DNA of 64,000 bases from Octopus sinensis (GCF_006345805.1 NC_043017.1:12152001-12216000), one strand, 5' to 3'; counted from the stretch's first letter, positions 12,777 to 27,689 are shown. The notes: generated from the sequence alone by a model not told the origin. Numbers and translations: made by a program.

Positions 12777-12970
12777 AGGACAGGATTGAAAAGTTCCTGG
12801 CTTTGAGTAAAAGAAAATACAGGAGGATCAGTTAATTAGGATTTTATTCAATATACTCCTTTCTCAGATTCACACATTTATTGCACAAGTCCTTCAGTTT
12901 TTCTAAGCCCTGTAAAAGAACTTGGAAGGTTGAACCTTCAACCAGGCCTTTTGTGATACCCTTAAACCAC
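12777..12970. mobile_element. Mariner-type terminal fragment
   Basis: GATTGAAAAGTTCCTGGCT...TTTTATTCAATATACTCC resembles mariner TIR and subterminal sequence. Confidence 0.4.
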
Positions 12971-14134
12971 TCTGACATACTCTTTACTCTTTTACTCTTT
13001 TACTTGTTTCAGTCATTTGACTGCGGCCATGCTGGAGCTCCGCCTTTTAGTCGTGCAAATCGACCCCGGGACTTATTCTTTGTAAGCCCCAGTACTTATT
13101 CTATCAGTCCCTTTGGCCGAACTGCTAAGTGACGGGGACGTAAACACACCAGCATCGTTTGTCAAGCAATGCTAGGGGGACAAACACAGACACACAAACA
13201 CATACACACACATACATACATATATACGACAGGCTTCTTTCAGTTTCCGTCTACCAAATCCACTCACAAGGCATTGGTCGGCCCGAGGCTATAGCAGAAG
13301 ACACTTGCCCAAGATGCCACGCAGTGGGACTGAACCCGGAACCATGTGGTTGGTTAGCAAGCTACTTATCACACACCCACTCCTGCGCCTATGTCTGTAA
13401 AGAAAAAAAAATTAATAACTGGAGTACAAGAAATCATAGATGCACAATGGAAGAAACTGAAAATTATAAAAATGAAAACATTGCCAAAAAAAAAATGGGA
13501 GCAAAAATAATGTATAGTTAGTTACCTTAGTATCAAATTCACTTATTATTACAAAATTATAAGGAATTGCTGCAAATTACTGCAATTACAGATTGTTTTG
13601 TGATTTAATTAGTGAGCTCATTAGTGTTGGTGCCACATGAAAAGCTTCCAGTACACTCGGTAAATTAGCTGGTGTTCAGAAGACATTCACTTGTAGGAAC
13701 CATGCCAAGGCAGGCGCTGGAGCTCAGCACATGCTGACACGTAAAATTCACTCACTACACTTTCGGAGTGGTTGGCATTAGGAAGGGCATCCAGCTGTAG
13801 AAACTCTGCCAGACCAGATTCAGCCTGGTGCAGCCATCTGGCTCACCAGTCCTCAGTCAAACCATCCAACCCATGCCAGCATGGAAAGCGAACATTAAAC
13901 AATGATGATGATATATACACACACACACATATATATATATATTTCTTTACTGCCCACAAGGGGCTAAACATAGAGGGGACAAACAAGGACAAAGGAATTA
14001 CAATGACCCCAGTTGCAAAACTGGTACTTTATTTATCGACCCCGAAAGGATGAAAGGCAAAGTCGACCTCGGCGGAATTTGAACACACACATATATATAT
14101 ATATATAGGTCAGTTAATATAGGTCGTCTGATAA

Positions 14135-14495
14135 CACCATCCGAGCGTGGCCGTCTGCCAGCCTCGTCTGGCACCTGTGGCGGTGGCACATAAAAAACAC
14201 CATTCGAGCGTGACCGTCTGCCAGCCTCGTCTGGCACCTGTGTTGGTGGCACATAAAAAACACCATTCGAGCGTGACCGTCTGCCAGCCTCGTCTGGCAC
14301 CTGTGTCGGTGGCACATAAAATCACCCACTACACTCTCGGAGTGGTTGGCGTTAGGAAGGGCATCCAGCTGTAGAAACACTGCCAGATCTGACTGGAGCC
14401 TGGTGCAGCCTTCGGGCTTGCCAGACCCCAGTTGAACCGTCCAACCCATGCTAGCATGGAAAGCGGACGTTAAACGATGATGATGATGATGATGA
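14135..14495 (+). mobile_element. RTE-3'UTR-type short element with (GAT)n tail and internal 59-bp tandem repeats (representative copy)
   Basis: GGTTGGCGTTAGGAAGGGCATCCAGCTGTAGAAA...CGTTAAACGATGATGAT; copies at 48-193, 13745-13910, 16941-17070(-), 40030-40262(-), 41219-41460, 43570-43858, 45354-45718(-), 46331-46630(-), 48960-49332, 57540-57788. Confidence 0.8.
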
Positions 14496-14744
14496 CGAGG
14501 TCAGTTAATATTCTGTCTCATGACATAATGTAATAGGTACATACCATAAGTGCTATTCTTGAAACAGCTGTAAGTGACCACACACACACCTTCTTACTTC
14601 CTCATTTTTTCATGATCTACTCTATTGTAACAACTCATGAATTATGTTTAAATATAGAAATGCCATGATCTAAATGAACACCAATTGTTTGCCTGTTCAT
14701 ACATTTGTTCTACTGCACACAGACACACACATATGCATACAAAC

Positions 14745-14775
<31 letters not shown>

Positions 14776-15143
14776 ACATATGTACACACACATAAATATA
14801 CATACATACATACTACATACATACATACATACATACATACATACATACGTACATACGTACGTACGTACATACGTACATACATACGTACATACGTACGTAC
14901 GTACATACATAGTAAGTTATTGCAAGGTAATTAATGTTGCGTTTTATTACATCAGTTGTAAAGTTGTTTAGTTTATTGGACATACATACATAAATACACC
15001 CACACACACACATATTCATACATTCATACACTCAGAAAAACATACATACATACACACACACACAAATATACATACAAATACACATATACATACATATATG
15101 CATACATACATACATACACATACATACATACACATATACACAT

Positions 15144-15180
<37 letters not shown>

Positions 15181-15191
15181 TACATACATAC

Positions 15192-15223
<32 letters not shown>

Positions 15224-15724
15224 ACATACATACATACATACATACGTAACACACTGCCTAAATATCAATCTTGGGAAGTTAGGCTTCTCAAAACCAGAAA
15301 GGAGACTACAGATCCAATCCATCACTGGAACTGTAAAAATCTGTAAAACTTTCCAGAAGTTTATCATTTAAATATATATGAGCATGTCTAGATATGCAAA
15401 TATATACATGAAAATACATACATAAAGCAAAACATACAAATCTGAACATATACATACATAAATACAAAAATGCCCTGGTAATGTTGTTGAAATTCCAATG
15501 AAGGAGCCTTGGATCTAGGTTAGAAACTGGCTCTTTCTCTATTGGCAGGAAATCTTGAAATAAACTGAATAATGGTGAGCATACATACATACATATGTAC
15601 AGTTCTTGACTAAATAACTTAGCAGTTTGTAACTCAAGACACAAGATAATATTCATTTCGCATGTGTGTTTTTTCTTTTTCGGGAGGTGGTGCGCATGTG
15701 TGTATGTATATAGATAGAGAGCTC

Positions 15725-16270
<546 letters not shown>

Positions 16271-17462
16271 GTTTCTTTATTAGCCACACAGGGCTGCACA
16301 AAGACGGGTCAAATTACAAGGTAGAGCTTTTCTTTTGTGGATAAAAAAAGGGGGTTTGGTTTTCGATCAGATAGATAGATAGATAGATAGACAGGCAGAC
16401 AGATAGACTCCTTGTGTAAATGTATAGTTTATTTAAACAATACACAATCGTATAAACTATATTATTTTTATCCTTATAGATTTGCACAAGCACACATAAA
16501 TGCACAAACACACACGTGCATGTACATGCATACATATATGCACACATACATGCATGTATATACATTCCTATTACACTATAGGTAAAGCTGAAGATTACAG
16601 TTTCACTACTCTATAGGACAATGACACCATTGCTGCTGTTGTTGTTAATGATGATGATGGTGGTGGTGTGATACATTAGCTGTGCATAGACGAGTGTTGA
16701 TGCTGCATAAATTGTGGCATATTTGGTTATATATACCTGTTTTTCTATCTATCTATCTATCTAGGTGCAGGAGTGGCTGTGTGGTAAGTAGCTTGTCTGC
16801 CAACCACATGGTTCCGGGTTCAGTCCCACTGCGTGGCACCTTGGGCAAGTGTCTTTTACTATAGCCTCGGGCCGACCAAAGCCTTGTGAGTGGATTTGGG
16901 AGACAGAAACTGAAAGAAGCCTGTCATATATATATATATATCATCATCATCGTTTAACGTCCGCTTTCCATGCTAGCATGGGTTGGACGGTTCAACTGGG
17001 GTCTGGGAAGCCCGAAGGCTGCACCAGGTGCTTTTTATGTGCCACCAACACAGGTGCCAGGCGAGGCTATGAGAATGTGTGTGTGTTTGTTTGTCTGTGT
17101 TTGTCCCCCTAGCATTGCTTGACAACCGATGCTGGTGTGTTTATGTCCCCCGTCACTTAGAGGTTCGGCAAAAGAGACCAATAGGATAAGTACTGGGCTT
17201 ACAAAGAATAAGTCCCGGGGTCGATTTGCTCGATTAAAGGCGGTGCTCCAGCATGGCCGCAGTCAAATGACTGAAACTAGTAAAAGAGAGTAGAGTAAGA
17301 GTATATGTATATATATATATATATATATTTATAAATGAGGGTTATCCACATAGTGGTTAACTCTCTAATAATTTATATATATATATATATATATATATTA
17401 CTCTTTTACTTTTTTCAGTGTTAGTTTTTACAAATATATTATACATATTATATAACAAACAC

Positions 17463-17529
<67 letters not shown>

Positions 17530-17550
17530 AATATATATATATATTATACT

Positions 17551-17591
<41 letters not shown>

Positions 17592-18321
17592 TTATATAGG
17601 CATAGAAGTTGCTATGTGATAAGAAGCTTACTTTCCAACCGCATGGTCCCGGGTTCAGTCCCACTGCGTGGCACCTTAAGCAAATGTCTTCTACTATAGC
17701 CTCGTCCCGACCAATCTTTGTGAGTGGATTTGGTAGACGGAAACTGAAAGAAGTTCGTCAAGTATATATATATATATTGTGTCTGTGTTTGTCCCCCACT
17801 CTATCGCTTGACAACCGATGCTGGTGTGTTTACGTCCCCGTAACTTTAGCGGTTCGGCGGCAAAAGAATCCGACGGAATAAGTTCTAGGCTTACAAAGAA
17901 AGAAGTCCCGGAGTCGATTTGTTCGATTAAAGGCTTTGCTCCAGCACGGCCGCGGTCAAATAACTGAAACAAGTAAAAGAAGAAAAGAATAAAAGAATAT
18001 GTAGTACCCTCACCCCTATTCGTCTTTCGTTTTCTGTGAATTTGAAGTATGTATTTATATTTTCCTTGTGTGCGTGTGTGTGTGTGTAGTAATGCAAAGC
18101 AAGAGACATCTGTCATAGGATATTTAGTCAATACACATGGAGTTCTAAGAAGAACTGTTGTTTATATTCTTTTAGAATGTAAACACCTCTTGGAGGGGTT
18201 TTCTAATCACATGAATAACCCCAACTAATCGAAGTTTTTAAACTTGATATATTATTATATATGGGCAACCCTACCGCACATATAAGTGTCTCTGGTATTT
18301 CCTCAGTAAATACTTTCATAA

Positions 18322-18534
18322 CCAACTACTACTACTACTACTACTACTGCGACGACGACTACTACTACAACTACTACTACTAATACAACTACTACAACTA
18401 CGACGACGACTACAACTACTACTACTACAACTACTACTACTAATACAACTACGACGACGACTACAACTACTACTACAACTACTACTACTACGACGACGAC
18501 TACAACTACTACTACAACTACGACGACGACTACA

Positions 18535-18565
<31 letters not shown>

Positions 18566-18771
18566 ATACAACTAATACAACTACTACAACTACGACAACG
18601 ACTACAACTCCTACTACTACTACAACTACTAATACTACTACTACAACTACTACTACTACTAATACAACTACAACTACTACTACAACAACAACAACTACTA
18701 CTAATACAACTAATACAACTACTACAACTACGACTACAACTACAACAACTACTACTACAACTACTACTACT
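18322..18771. repeat. (ACT/ACA/ACG)n trinucleotide microsatellite
   Basis: Direct reading. Confidence 0.95.
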
Positions 18772-20019
18772 TTAATGTTATTTCTACGATCGATAGTTTT
18801 TGGGGTTTTTTTACGATCTTCTAAACTTTTATTTCTATTTATTATTACATGGTGAATTATTATGTAACTATGTTCTCCTACAAATGTTTTACTCCTGTTT
18901 CCACGTTCAGAATTGTCGAAGCATGGAATAAATTACTCGCATGGGTTATTAACAGTCAGAACACTTTATTCTTCAAAAAAAATTCCATGCTTCCCCGAGA
19001 TCCACCTGCACAGTTCTTGACATACCACATGCAAGGCATTCCCACACCCTATTTTACCCTTTTCCGACAAGTTTCAAAGCACCTGGGAACCCTACGCGAT
19101 AAGCTCATTTTTTTTTCATTTTTAAATAAATTTTGGATCTTCTGGTTGAAATTGCCGAAATTCGAGAAATTAAACTACGTTAAACGTACAAACTACAATT
19201 TTCTCAAGAAAGCCAATACGAAAAAGATGTTTTATTTTGACACATTCTACCAGTATACGAAGTTTTTAAAGTTTTTAGTTACCTAGAAATTATGTTGAAA
19301 ACTGCCGTTCAAACCGAAAAGATCCTAAATTTTTAACGATGTTCTACGGCTCTTTCACTCCTCTTTTTATTCCCAGAATTACTGAAGCACAATTGTTAGC
19401 TGCCAGGACACAGTATTTTTTTTTAAATTCCATTCTTCCAGCTATCATTATTCTCATTCTGTCTCCACTTCTTTTTAATTGTTTTAACCCTTTTCCGATT
19501 AAGTTATAATAATATAATAATGAAATTATTGTATACAGTGCTCAGGTGCACCACAACTTGTCAGAAAGTGCATATAAAGTACATGCAGTAATGTAGAAAT
19601 AAGTATCCCATACAATAAGTTTATCATTTATGAAAATAGTTTTTCTAACGGTGTTCTTTACTGCTGTTAATTCCACTTCTAGCCTCAGCCTTCTCCTATT
19701 TCTGCCCGTCAGTTAATTTAGTTAAGTAAGTTAGGTGAACTAAGTTAGTTGTCTAGTATATATATATATATATAATCAACTACGGCTTTCTTTCTTTTGT
19801 AACGGCTGCCTCTATCTCTTTCGTCATTCTACTCTGTCACTGCTGTTTCTTTGTCTCTCTCTCTATCTCTCTGTCATTCTACTCTTCACTGCTGTTTCTT
19901 TCTCTCTCTCGCTCTCTCTCTCTCTCTCTATCTCTCTATATATAATATATATATATATATATATTATATATAATTATATATATTCTCTGGCAAGCTAAAG
20001 CTTACACCAACCTCCAACA

Positions 20020-20400
20020 GTCGTCATACTAAGCTACTTTCATTCTCGTTTCAGCTACCGCCAGCAAACCCCTCCCTCGTTTCTCACTCTCTCTCAGCCG
20101 ACTGTTGCGCCAGCAGTCAGCAATTAACACCAACACCAACAACAACAATAATAATAATCGTAACAATAACAACAACATCGTTATATTAAAAAGCAGGAGC
20201 AGCCACGACCCAGTTGACTGAAAAGAAGGGGAAAAAAAATCCACTGGCAATTTAAAAGTGCTTGGGTGAGAGAGAGAAGAATGGCGACTCTACTATACTC
20301 AAAGTTGAGAAGGGTTTCCTTCTCCCCAAGCTGATTCTGGTGCCGTTTTTTAATACCAAAGTCCTCACCAGACCGAAATATCTACCCCTCATAGATATAA
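20020..20400 (+). promoter_or_regulatory. Candidate promoter / 5' exon region
   Basis: Unique, relatively CpG-rich sequence after a (CT)n tract, with an Inr-like TCATT at 20040 and UTR-like composition; no transcript evidence. Confidence 0.25.
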
Positions 20401-21262
20401 CCGTATATAGAAACACAGATTTATACATATATATATCTGTATTAAAGAGAAAAACAGCCGTGATTTACGTCTAAAGTGCAGTTCTTTTTTTATTTTTAAT
20501 ATTATTTCATCGTTCGTACACACAACTACCTTTTTGGATATGTCTACCACGCAGGGTGATTGTAAGTGCAAACTTTTTCTTTCTTTATTTTTCCTTTTAA
20601 TTTCTGGAATCATCCTTCGACCATTCGCGTTCTATTTTCGTTTAATTAATTAATTAGTTAATTGTCTTTGCTGATTAATGGGGTGGAGTTTCCCTCGTGT
20701 TTGTCCGGCATGTGTGTGTGTGCGAGAGAGATAGATAGATAGACAGATAGATAGATAGACAGAGAGAGATAGACAGATAGATAGATAGATAGATAGATAG
20801 ACAGAGAGATAGATAGACAGATAGATAGATAGAGAGAGAGATAGACAGAGAGAGAGAGAGAGGCTATTATGTGTTTTACTATCTTTCACTCTTTCTATCT
20901 CGCTCTTTATTTTTTCTCTCCATCACTCCTGTCTCCACACACACACCACACACACACCACACACAGACATATATATATATATATAAACACACATAAATAT
21001 GAAACAAAGTGGGGAAAAAAACAGGTACTCAAGGATCGAAGGTAGAGTAATTTACCTTATTAATAAAGCTGCAAAGACAGTTTTTGTGATGTCTGCAGCT
21101 TTATTAATAAAGTGTATATATATATATATATATATACCAATTAAGGACTGAACACGAAAAGTGGACAGTCAACATGCTAGATATAGACGTCAAATCGCCA
21201 TTCTCCACACAGATTATCCTGGTTTTAATTGACTAATATCAATTTCTACCCTTAATTAATTT

Positions 21263-21305
<43 letters not shown>

Positions 21306-21849
21306 TGTTTTTCTACCTGTCCGGTCTTCGACGAAGATTTAATTATTGTTGTTTATAAGAATCACAGCCAACAATTGACCAGCACCGGCTATGATCCTCC
21401 CCCGTCTTTTACAACAATCTGTATATATTTAAACGTCAGATCGCATAATACTTAAAACCATCGTGCCCCATTTTTCGTTTCTTTCTGTACTTTCTCTTTA
21501 AACGTAGACGGACGAAGTTATTTGAGGAAGAATTTGTTACTAATTCTAGCAGGCCAAAACGACTACGTCGAAGCTTGATGTGGTGGTGGAACTTCATGCT
21601 TGCTTTTTTCTTTTTGTTTTTCTTCAATAAAGTATTGTTTTGTGTTCTTTGTCAGTGTAACTCTGTGGAAGGTTAAATATGGATCAAACAAGGCTATATT
21701 TTGTGTCTTGTTGAATATATATATATATATACACTCACACACAGACACACACAGATACATACGTCTACATACTTCTAGAATTCATTTCCTCGTATATGCG
21801 TATTATGTAAGGAACCCATCTATGTACAGATGTACGTGTGTGTGTGTGT

Positions 21850-21924
<75 letters not shown>

Positions 21925-22387
21925 CTAGAGGTCTCGCAGAACTTCCCCACGTTCCTCAACTTATGACATTCCAAATTCACATATATACAAACATTATACA
22001 GGTGACAGTTACAATCTATGCGTGTGTATACACATCTGTGTGTATGTATGTATATATATATGTGTGTGTGTGTATAACTATGTGTGTATGTATGTATATA
22101 TATATGTGTGTGTGTGTGTATAACTATGTGTGTGTATAAATCTATGTGTGTATATATATATCTGTGTGTGTGTGTATATCTATATCTCTGTGTGGTGTGT
22201 ATGTATATATATAGTATATATTATATATATATATTATATATATATATATATGGCAATCTTTCGTCTCTAGTAGATCGCCTATATGGGAGACCCCTTTTTA
22301 AAGTAGAAGAAATAGCTAAGATTTTTGGCTGCTATTTCTAAACTTCGGTGTGTGGTGAAGCAAATCTTTGCTGAACCCTTTTATTAG

Positions 22388-22427
<40 letters not shown>

Positions 22428-22645
22428 TCATGTTCTGGGTACTTCTATCTGTATTACCAAATCCATACACGTATACAACACAGTTAAGCCATCTGCTTTG
22501 CTGACCGACAACTTCCAAAGTCACTGTCAACAACTTTCTTGTATAAGAACAAAAAATTTGTACTCGACAAAAGTATAGAGTTACCCATCAGCTTAATAAT
22601 GTTAAACTGTTTTTATTATAACTGAATATAATAACAAACATTAAT

Positions 22646-22915
22646 GTGTGTATTGGACACACATACATGTGTGCGCTGTGTATTGGACACATATACATGT
22701 GTGCGCTGTGTATTGGACACATATACATGTGTGCGCTGTGTATTGGACACATACATGTGTGCGCTGTGTATTGGACACACATACATGTGTGCGCTGTGTA
22801 TTGGACACACATACATGTGTGCGCTGTGTATTGGACACACATACATGTGTGCGCTGTGTATTGGACACATATACATGTGTGCGCTGTGTATTGGACACAC
22901 ATACATGTGTGCGCT
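22646..22915. repeat. 30-bp minisatellite, about 9 copies
   Basis: Unit GTGCGCTGTGTATTGGACACA(C/T)ATACATGT, near-identical, no spacers. Confidence 0.95.
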
Positions 22916-23062
22916 TGTATTATACATGCTTGACTCAGTTTCACATGACTTATTTTTGTGGCCGCGTATATCGTTAGTCGGTCATTTGGCTGCGGTCATG
23001 CTGGGGCACCGCCTGAAGGTGTTTAATTTTCAGTCGATCAAATAAACTCTAATACTTGTTTG

Positions 23063-23317
23063 GGTACGACTAGCAAACAGTGGTCCCGGTGCGCGCTAGC
23101 TAGTCGTGACTAGTCGATCCTTACTTTGTGTTTTTGTGTTATTTACTTTGTTTAAAAAATTAATTAATTTGTGTTTTTTGTGTTTTATTTAACAAAAATT
23201 ATTTACTTTGTGCAAAAAAAAAATTATTATTTATTTTGTGTTTTATTTACTTTGCTAGGTAGACGTGACTAGCTTGCGCGAGTGCGCGCACCGAGACCAC
23301 TGTTCGCTAGTAGTACC
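23063..23317. mobile_element. MITE with about 34-bp TIRs and 8-bp TSD (Merlin-like)
   Basis: GGTACGACTAGCAAACAGTGGTCCCGGTGCGCGC ... GCGCGCACCGAGACCACTGTTCGCTAGTAGTACC; CTTGTTTG duplicated at 23055-23062 and 23318-23325. Confidence 0.75.
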
Positions 23318-23559
23318 CTTGTTTGTTTGTTTTTTTTTAAACATCTGGCACTTTTTTAGGTATTTTCTTTTATCCGAACTGCTAAGTCACCGGAGTGTAA
23401 ACAAACGTATGCCGGTTGATAAACCGTAAGATAAACCCATAATTGTATGCGCAGCAGCGCATCTAATGATAGACAAAGCAACACTGTAGTATGTGATTTT
23501 AATATCAATATAAACAAATATTTTTTTCTTCCTCCTTCCCTTTCTCAGATTGACGAGGA

Positions 23560-23608
23560 ATGTGACTGATCGGTTTCGATTCTAATCGAACTCATCATCA
23601 TCAGACAC
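23560..23608 (-). ncRNA. Type I hammerhead-like fold, near-canonical
   Basis: Reverse complement reads GTGT-CTGATGA-T-GAT..TTC-gatta-GAA/ATC-GAAA-CCGATCAG-TC-ACAT; GUC triplet; stem III is one change away from palindromic ACTGATCAGT. Confidence 0.5.
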
Positions 23609-24904
23609 CAAGCACCACCACGTACACGCGAATGTAGTTCCTGGGATCCGGGACGGATTCCGATTAAATCCTTATCGAGTGGACACGTGTTCAGATGCGT
23701 TTCTAGCCATGACCATCCCGTCTGTTGTATGCACAGGGCTACGTTATCCCGCGTGTGCGATTCTTTTGTAAAGAGTTGGGTGTAGTTTGAGAGAGATTTG
23801 GTAACTGTTTCTAGCAGGTGGGGTGTCTGTTGGTTACACACACACACGGTCTCCCTCTCTCTCTCTATATATATATATTTATGTGTGTATATATATGTAT
23901 ATATATAGTGGTATAAATATCAACACAATTATTTCTCCTTCCTTTTCTTTTTTTTCCTTTCTTCCTTTCTCCAAACTCATAGACACCCACACGCACGCAC
24001 ACACACACACCTCCACAAAACAATAATAAAAAGAATTCTTCTCTAAACCCAAAACCATGACCACCCCTCATTAAACACACACACACTCTCTCTCACAATG
24101 ATAAAAAGGAAATATAATTTATGGTCTACTACCCCGCCACCACACACTCAATAACCTACGAAATGGTCAAAACTGAAATTCTTTTTCCCCAAGATCTTAG
24201 ACCCCCCCCCCTTGGAGTAAGCATCCTGTCCAGAAGACCAAAACAATTAAAAACATTTTTCTTCTTCCCTCTCCCTTCTCCTCTTTATCTTTAGCACGCA
24301 TTCCAAATACAAAAACACACACATGCTCTCTCTCCCTTTCTCCTCATCCATCACCCTCTTGTACTGTCTTACATTCCTCCCCACCACTACAAACTCAAAA
24401 ACACTATAAAATGGTCAAAACTTTTCCCACAGGAACTTAGTTCGATTTGAAAACCCCACAAGAATGGGAGAAAGCGCTAATACATGATCTAAGTTATATG
24501 ATGTATAAAAACATGTAATATACAAATAAATATCTGTAAATATAAAACCATCCGAATTTCTGAGTACCTCATTTCTTCTAATATAAAATACCTGTACATT
24601 ATCTCCAAACCTTCCATAATATATATATATATATATATATATTATTCAAAGAAATTCCAACTCTGTTTTTTTTTGTTTTATTTATATTCTTTATAATATT
24701 AATGTAGAATATAGGATATATAGTATAAAAAGTATATATAATAGTATAAGGAAATGAAGTATTGATTGTCTTATTGAATAGATATTTAATATCAAATATT
24801 AAGGGACTAGTATACTTCCTTGCATTAAAGCAGTCTTCAAGGTCCCAGGTTGTGACAGGAGCGTTTCAACTCAACTGTCTATATATAATTATATTTATAA
24901 CGGA

Positions 24905-24969
24905 CCATGCTGATGATGGCTGCAGTTTTCCTTGCGGAAAATAACAGCTGAAACTAATTTAGTACATGG
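24905..24969 (+). ncRNA. Type I hammerhead ribozyme, canonical core
   Basis: Stem I CCATG/CATGG; CTGATGA at 24910; stem II GGCTG/CAGCT enclosing a GTTTTCC-TTGC-GGAAAAT hairpin; GAAA at 24950; stem III ACTA-att-TAGT; GUA cleavage triplet ending at 24964. Confidence 0.8.
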
Positions 24970-26005
24970 GTAATTATTTTATTTCGTATATTTTTCACTT
25001 GTTTATTGCTATGGTTTTGTGTTGAGTTTGATCTGAGAACATAATCTTTTGTGGTGAATGGCGATTTGACGTCTATATCTAGCATGTTGACTGTCCACTT
25101 TTCGTGTTCAGTCCTTAATTGGTATATATATATATATAATTATAAAATTAATTAAGGGTAGAAATTGATATTTATCAATTAAGACCAGTGTCTAGCATAT
25201 TAAAAAGAATCCGAAGATTAAATATTATATATACCAATTAAGGACTGAACACGAAAAGTGGACAGTCAACATGCTAGATATAGACGTCAAATCGCCATTC
25301 TCCACAAAGAATAAGTTTGATCTGAGAACATAATCTTTTGTGGAGAATGGCGATTTGACGTCTATATCTAGCATGTTGACTGTCCACTTTTCGTGTTCAG
25401 TCCTTAATTGGTATATATATATATGTGTGTGTGTGTGTATATGTATGCATATATAAAAATATTTCGACATATAAGTGTATATGTGTCTGTGTGTTCATAT
25501 AAATGTGTATATTTTCACATCCGCACACAAACTGACGTATGACACACACGTACGTACCATTCATTATGTACTTTCTTTGCCTTACAAACTGACGTATGTG
25601 ATAAAACCTTCAACACCCCACCACAACAAAACCCAATGACTCAGAATGAATCGATTTGCTATATCATACTGTATTATTGTTGTTATTGTTACTGTAGTAG
25701 TTTCGGTGATAATCGATCAATTCATAAGACATTTTGTATTAATAAAGCCAGCTGATAAGGGGAAAATACGATAGCGTGGCGTTTAGATTGCTATGCAATT
25801 CTCAAAGATAATTTCAACTTTAGTAAAATTAGGGGTGACTGTGTGGTAAGAAGCTTGCTTCCCAACCACATGATTCCGGGTTCAGCCCCATTGCATGTCA
25901 CCTTGGGCAAGTGTCTTCTGCTATAGCCTCGGGCCGACCAAAGCCTTGTGAGTGTATTTGGTAGACGGAAACTGAGAGAAGCCCGTCGTGAATGTGTGTG
26001 TGTGT

Positions 26006-26047
<42 letters not shown>

Positions 26048-26937
26048 TTAGTTTCAGCTCATGAGCTGTGGCCATGCTGGGGCACCGCCATTTAATGTAT
26101 GTATTTGTGTGTCTTTCTTTGTCTCCCCACCAGCGCTTGACAACCGATGTTGGCGTGTTTACGTCCCCGTAACTTAGCGGTTCGGCAAAAGTGACCGATA
26201 GAATAAATACTAGGCTTACAAAGAATAAGTCCTGGGGGGCGATTTGCTCGACTAAAGGCGGTGCTCCAGCATGACCATAGTCAAATGAGTGAAACAAGTA
26301 AAAGAAAGAGAAAGAAAATCTCTGATATGTGTGTGCATGTGTATGTGTGGTAAGAAGCTTACTTTCAACCTAGATAGTTTCAGGTTCAGTCCCGCTGCAT
26401 GACACCTTGGCAAGTACCTTCTATTCTAGCCTCTGGGACATCAAAACCCTTGTGAGTGGATTTGGTAGACGGAAACTGAAAGAGGCCCGTCATGTATCTG
26501 TGTGTGTGTATTAATGTTTGTCCCCTCTACCACCGCTTGACAATCGATGCTGGTTTGTTTACGTCTCCGTAATCTAGCAGTTCGGCAAAACAGTCCGATA
26601 GAATAAGTACTAGACTTTTTTAAAAAAATAGTACTTGGATCCATTTGTTTGGCTAAAACCCTTCAAGGTGATGCCACAGCATGGCCACATTTCAATGACT
26701 GAAATCAGTTTTATATAAAATCTTCTACAGCAGCAGCCAAGAATCGAAACTTGGTCGCAGATTTTACATGCCATAAACTTACGTCTTGCGACTTGAATTA
26801 CTTACGGCAAGTTGCGGTATTTCGTATGGCTTAAAATAGACACAAATAACACTAAGTCATATTAATAGAATCATAAACAGGATGGTCACAGCTGGAACAT
26901 CTTCGATCAAAGGTCTGCATAATCAAAGCTAACCATC

Positions 26938-27133
26938 ATATATATATATAATATATATTATATATACTATATATTATATATATGTATATGTATGTATGTA
27001 TATGTATGTATGTATATGTATGTATGTTATATATGTATATATGTATGTATATATATGTATATGATGTATATATATTGTATGTATATAGTATGTATATATA
27101 TGTATGTATAATATGTATGTATGTATATATATG

Positions 27134-27206
<73 letters not shown>

Positions 27207-27207
27207 G

Positions 27208-27240
<33 letters not shown>

Positions 27241-27241
27241 G

Positions 27242-27288
<47 letters not shown>

Positions 27289-27407
27289 GTTATATATGTA
27301 TATATATGTATTGTTATATATATGTATATATATGTATGGTATATATATGTATGTATGTATATATATGTATGTATATATAGTAGTGTATATTATGTATGTA
27401 ATATCGT

Positions 27408-27483
<76 letters not shown>

Positions 27484-27596
27484 GTATATATATGTATGTA
27501 TATATAGTATGTATATATAGTAGTATAATATATGGATTATGTATATATATGTGTTGTATATATATGTATGTATGTAATATATGTATGTATATTATG

Positions 27597-27649
<53 letters not shown>

Positions 27650-27658
27650 GTATATATG

Positions 27659-27689
<31 letters not shown>

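Noticed and set aside
22646-22915. 30-bp repeat array resembling CRISPR
   Set aside because: Head-to-tail identical units with no unique spacers, no cas genes, eukaryotic context.
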